A stretch of DNA of 64,000 nucleotides from an uncultured Alphaproteobacteria bacterium (GTDB lineage: Bacteria > Pseudomonadota > Alphaproteobacteria > RF32 > CAG-239). Below the pieces are notes generated by a model. It was not told where the DNA came from. It was given only the letters and a program-made list of their open reading frames with translations, and did not search any database. The DNA is taken from assembly GCA_934248075.1 (NCBI GenBank), contig CAKQKH010000001.1:51771-115770 (forward strand). The letters run 5' to 3'. The number at the start of each line of letters is the position of its first letter. The first letter of the stretch is position 1. A program made the position numbers and the translations under genes. Of the stretch, positions 63,241 to 64,000 are shown piece after piece.

Positions 63241-64000
63241 TTGAAAAACGGTATTTACATTGTTGCCACGCCGATAGGCAATTTGGGCGATATATCAGCA
63301 AGAGCCAAAGAGATTTTACAGGCCGCGGAGATTGTTGCCTGTGAAGACACCAGAGTGACCAAAAAGCTATTCACTCTGTTAGGGCTTTCAACCCGCAAAG
63401 AATTCATTCGTCTGGAAGACCACAATGAAGCGGCTCAAACTGAAAATCTGGTTGCCATGGCGCAAGAAGGAAAAATCATTGCCCAAGTCAGCGATGCCGG
63501 CAGTCCGCTGATTTCTGATCCCGGCTATAAACTGATTCGCCGTTGTCGGGAAGAAGGGGTGCCGGTGTTTGCGGTTCCGGGGGCCTGCGCACTGATTTGC
63601 GCCTTACAGCTTTCCGGTCTGCCAACTAATAGCTTTATGTTTGCCGGATTTATTCCTAACAAAGAGAAAGCCCGCGTTGATTTATTTAACAAACTTAAAG
63701 ATATTGATACAACTTTGGTGTTTTATGAAACGGCCAATCGTATTGTTAAAACTCTGACGGCGGCCGCAGATGTTTTTGGCGATCGTGAAATTGCGGTTGC
63801 CCGCGAAATTACCAAAGTATATGAAGAGTGCCGCAACGGTACCGCAGCTGAATTAATCGAATATTTTAACGCCAATGAGCCTAAGGGTGAAATGGTGTTA
63901 ATGGTGTCGCCTCCGACCAGCCTAAAACCAAGTGTTGACCTAGAACAAGTATTGCGGGAAGAAATGCGGAACAGCAGCCTTAAAACCGCGGTTAAGGAAG
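63241..64000 (+). CDS. rsmI: 16S rRNA (cytidine1402-2'-O)-methyltransferase RsmI, N-terminal ~253 aa (runs off the window)
   Basis: My translation is MKNGIYIVATPIGNLGDISARAKEILQAAEIVACEDTRVTKKLF...SDAGSPLISDPGYKLI...VPGACALICALQLSGLPTNSFMFAGF. TTG start preceded by GAGAGG. Confidence 0.85.
   Translation, partial: MKNGIYIVATPIGNLGDISARAKEILQAAEIVACEDTRVTKKLFTLLGLSTRKEFIRLEDHNEAAQTENLVAMAQEGKIIAQVSDAGSPLISDPGYKLIRRCREEGVPVFAVPGACALICALQLSGLPTNSFMFAGFIPNKEKARVDLFNKLKDIDTTLVFYETANRIVKTLTAAADVFGDREIAVAREITKVYEECRNGTAAELIEYFNANEPKGEMVLMVSPPTSLKPSVDLEQVLREEMRNSSLKTAVKE

Overview
The window is a 64-kb chromosomal segment, roughly 40% GC by eye. All calls rest on reading the translations and the DNA, since no database search was possible. 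Gene order points to an alphaproteobacterium: miaB-phoH-ybeY-corC-lnt-HTH-trmB, maf-rng-yacG, dnaQ-coaE divergent from rho-mnmE-mnmG-rsmG-parA-parB, and ffs-dnaX-ybaB-recR. A FliX-like gene and a TTAA-N7-TTAA (CtrA-type) box fit that assignment. About 70 protein genes are mostly housekeeping. There is also one tRNA-Arg(CCG), an SRP (4.5S) RNA, two parS sites and several clear rho-independent terminators. I saw no rRNA, CRISPR array, transposase or integrase.

The most unusual content is a tightly packed eight-gene plus-strand operon (23954-31988) between rluD/rpoH and yacG/rng/maf.
- It has five ORFs I cannot assign. Several are membrane proteins, and two share a Trp-rich N-terminal membrane module.
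- It has a VirD4/TraG-type type IV coupling protein with no VirB/Tra channel genes or relaxase in the window.
- It ends in a colicin-like HNH nuclease whose last codons overlap a SUKH/SMI1-like immunity-type gene.

Other leads:
- A tail-anchored pseudokinase is coupled to a membrane protein, next to a PAS plus degenerate-GGDEF gene.
- The coaE-rho intergenic region is a candidate replication origin.
- A ~133-nt rod-like structured element lies between mnmA and a convergent gene.
- An A10 slippery tract in dnaX has stops in both alternative frames.
- An HD-HD-PHP trio is inserted between mnmG and rsmG.
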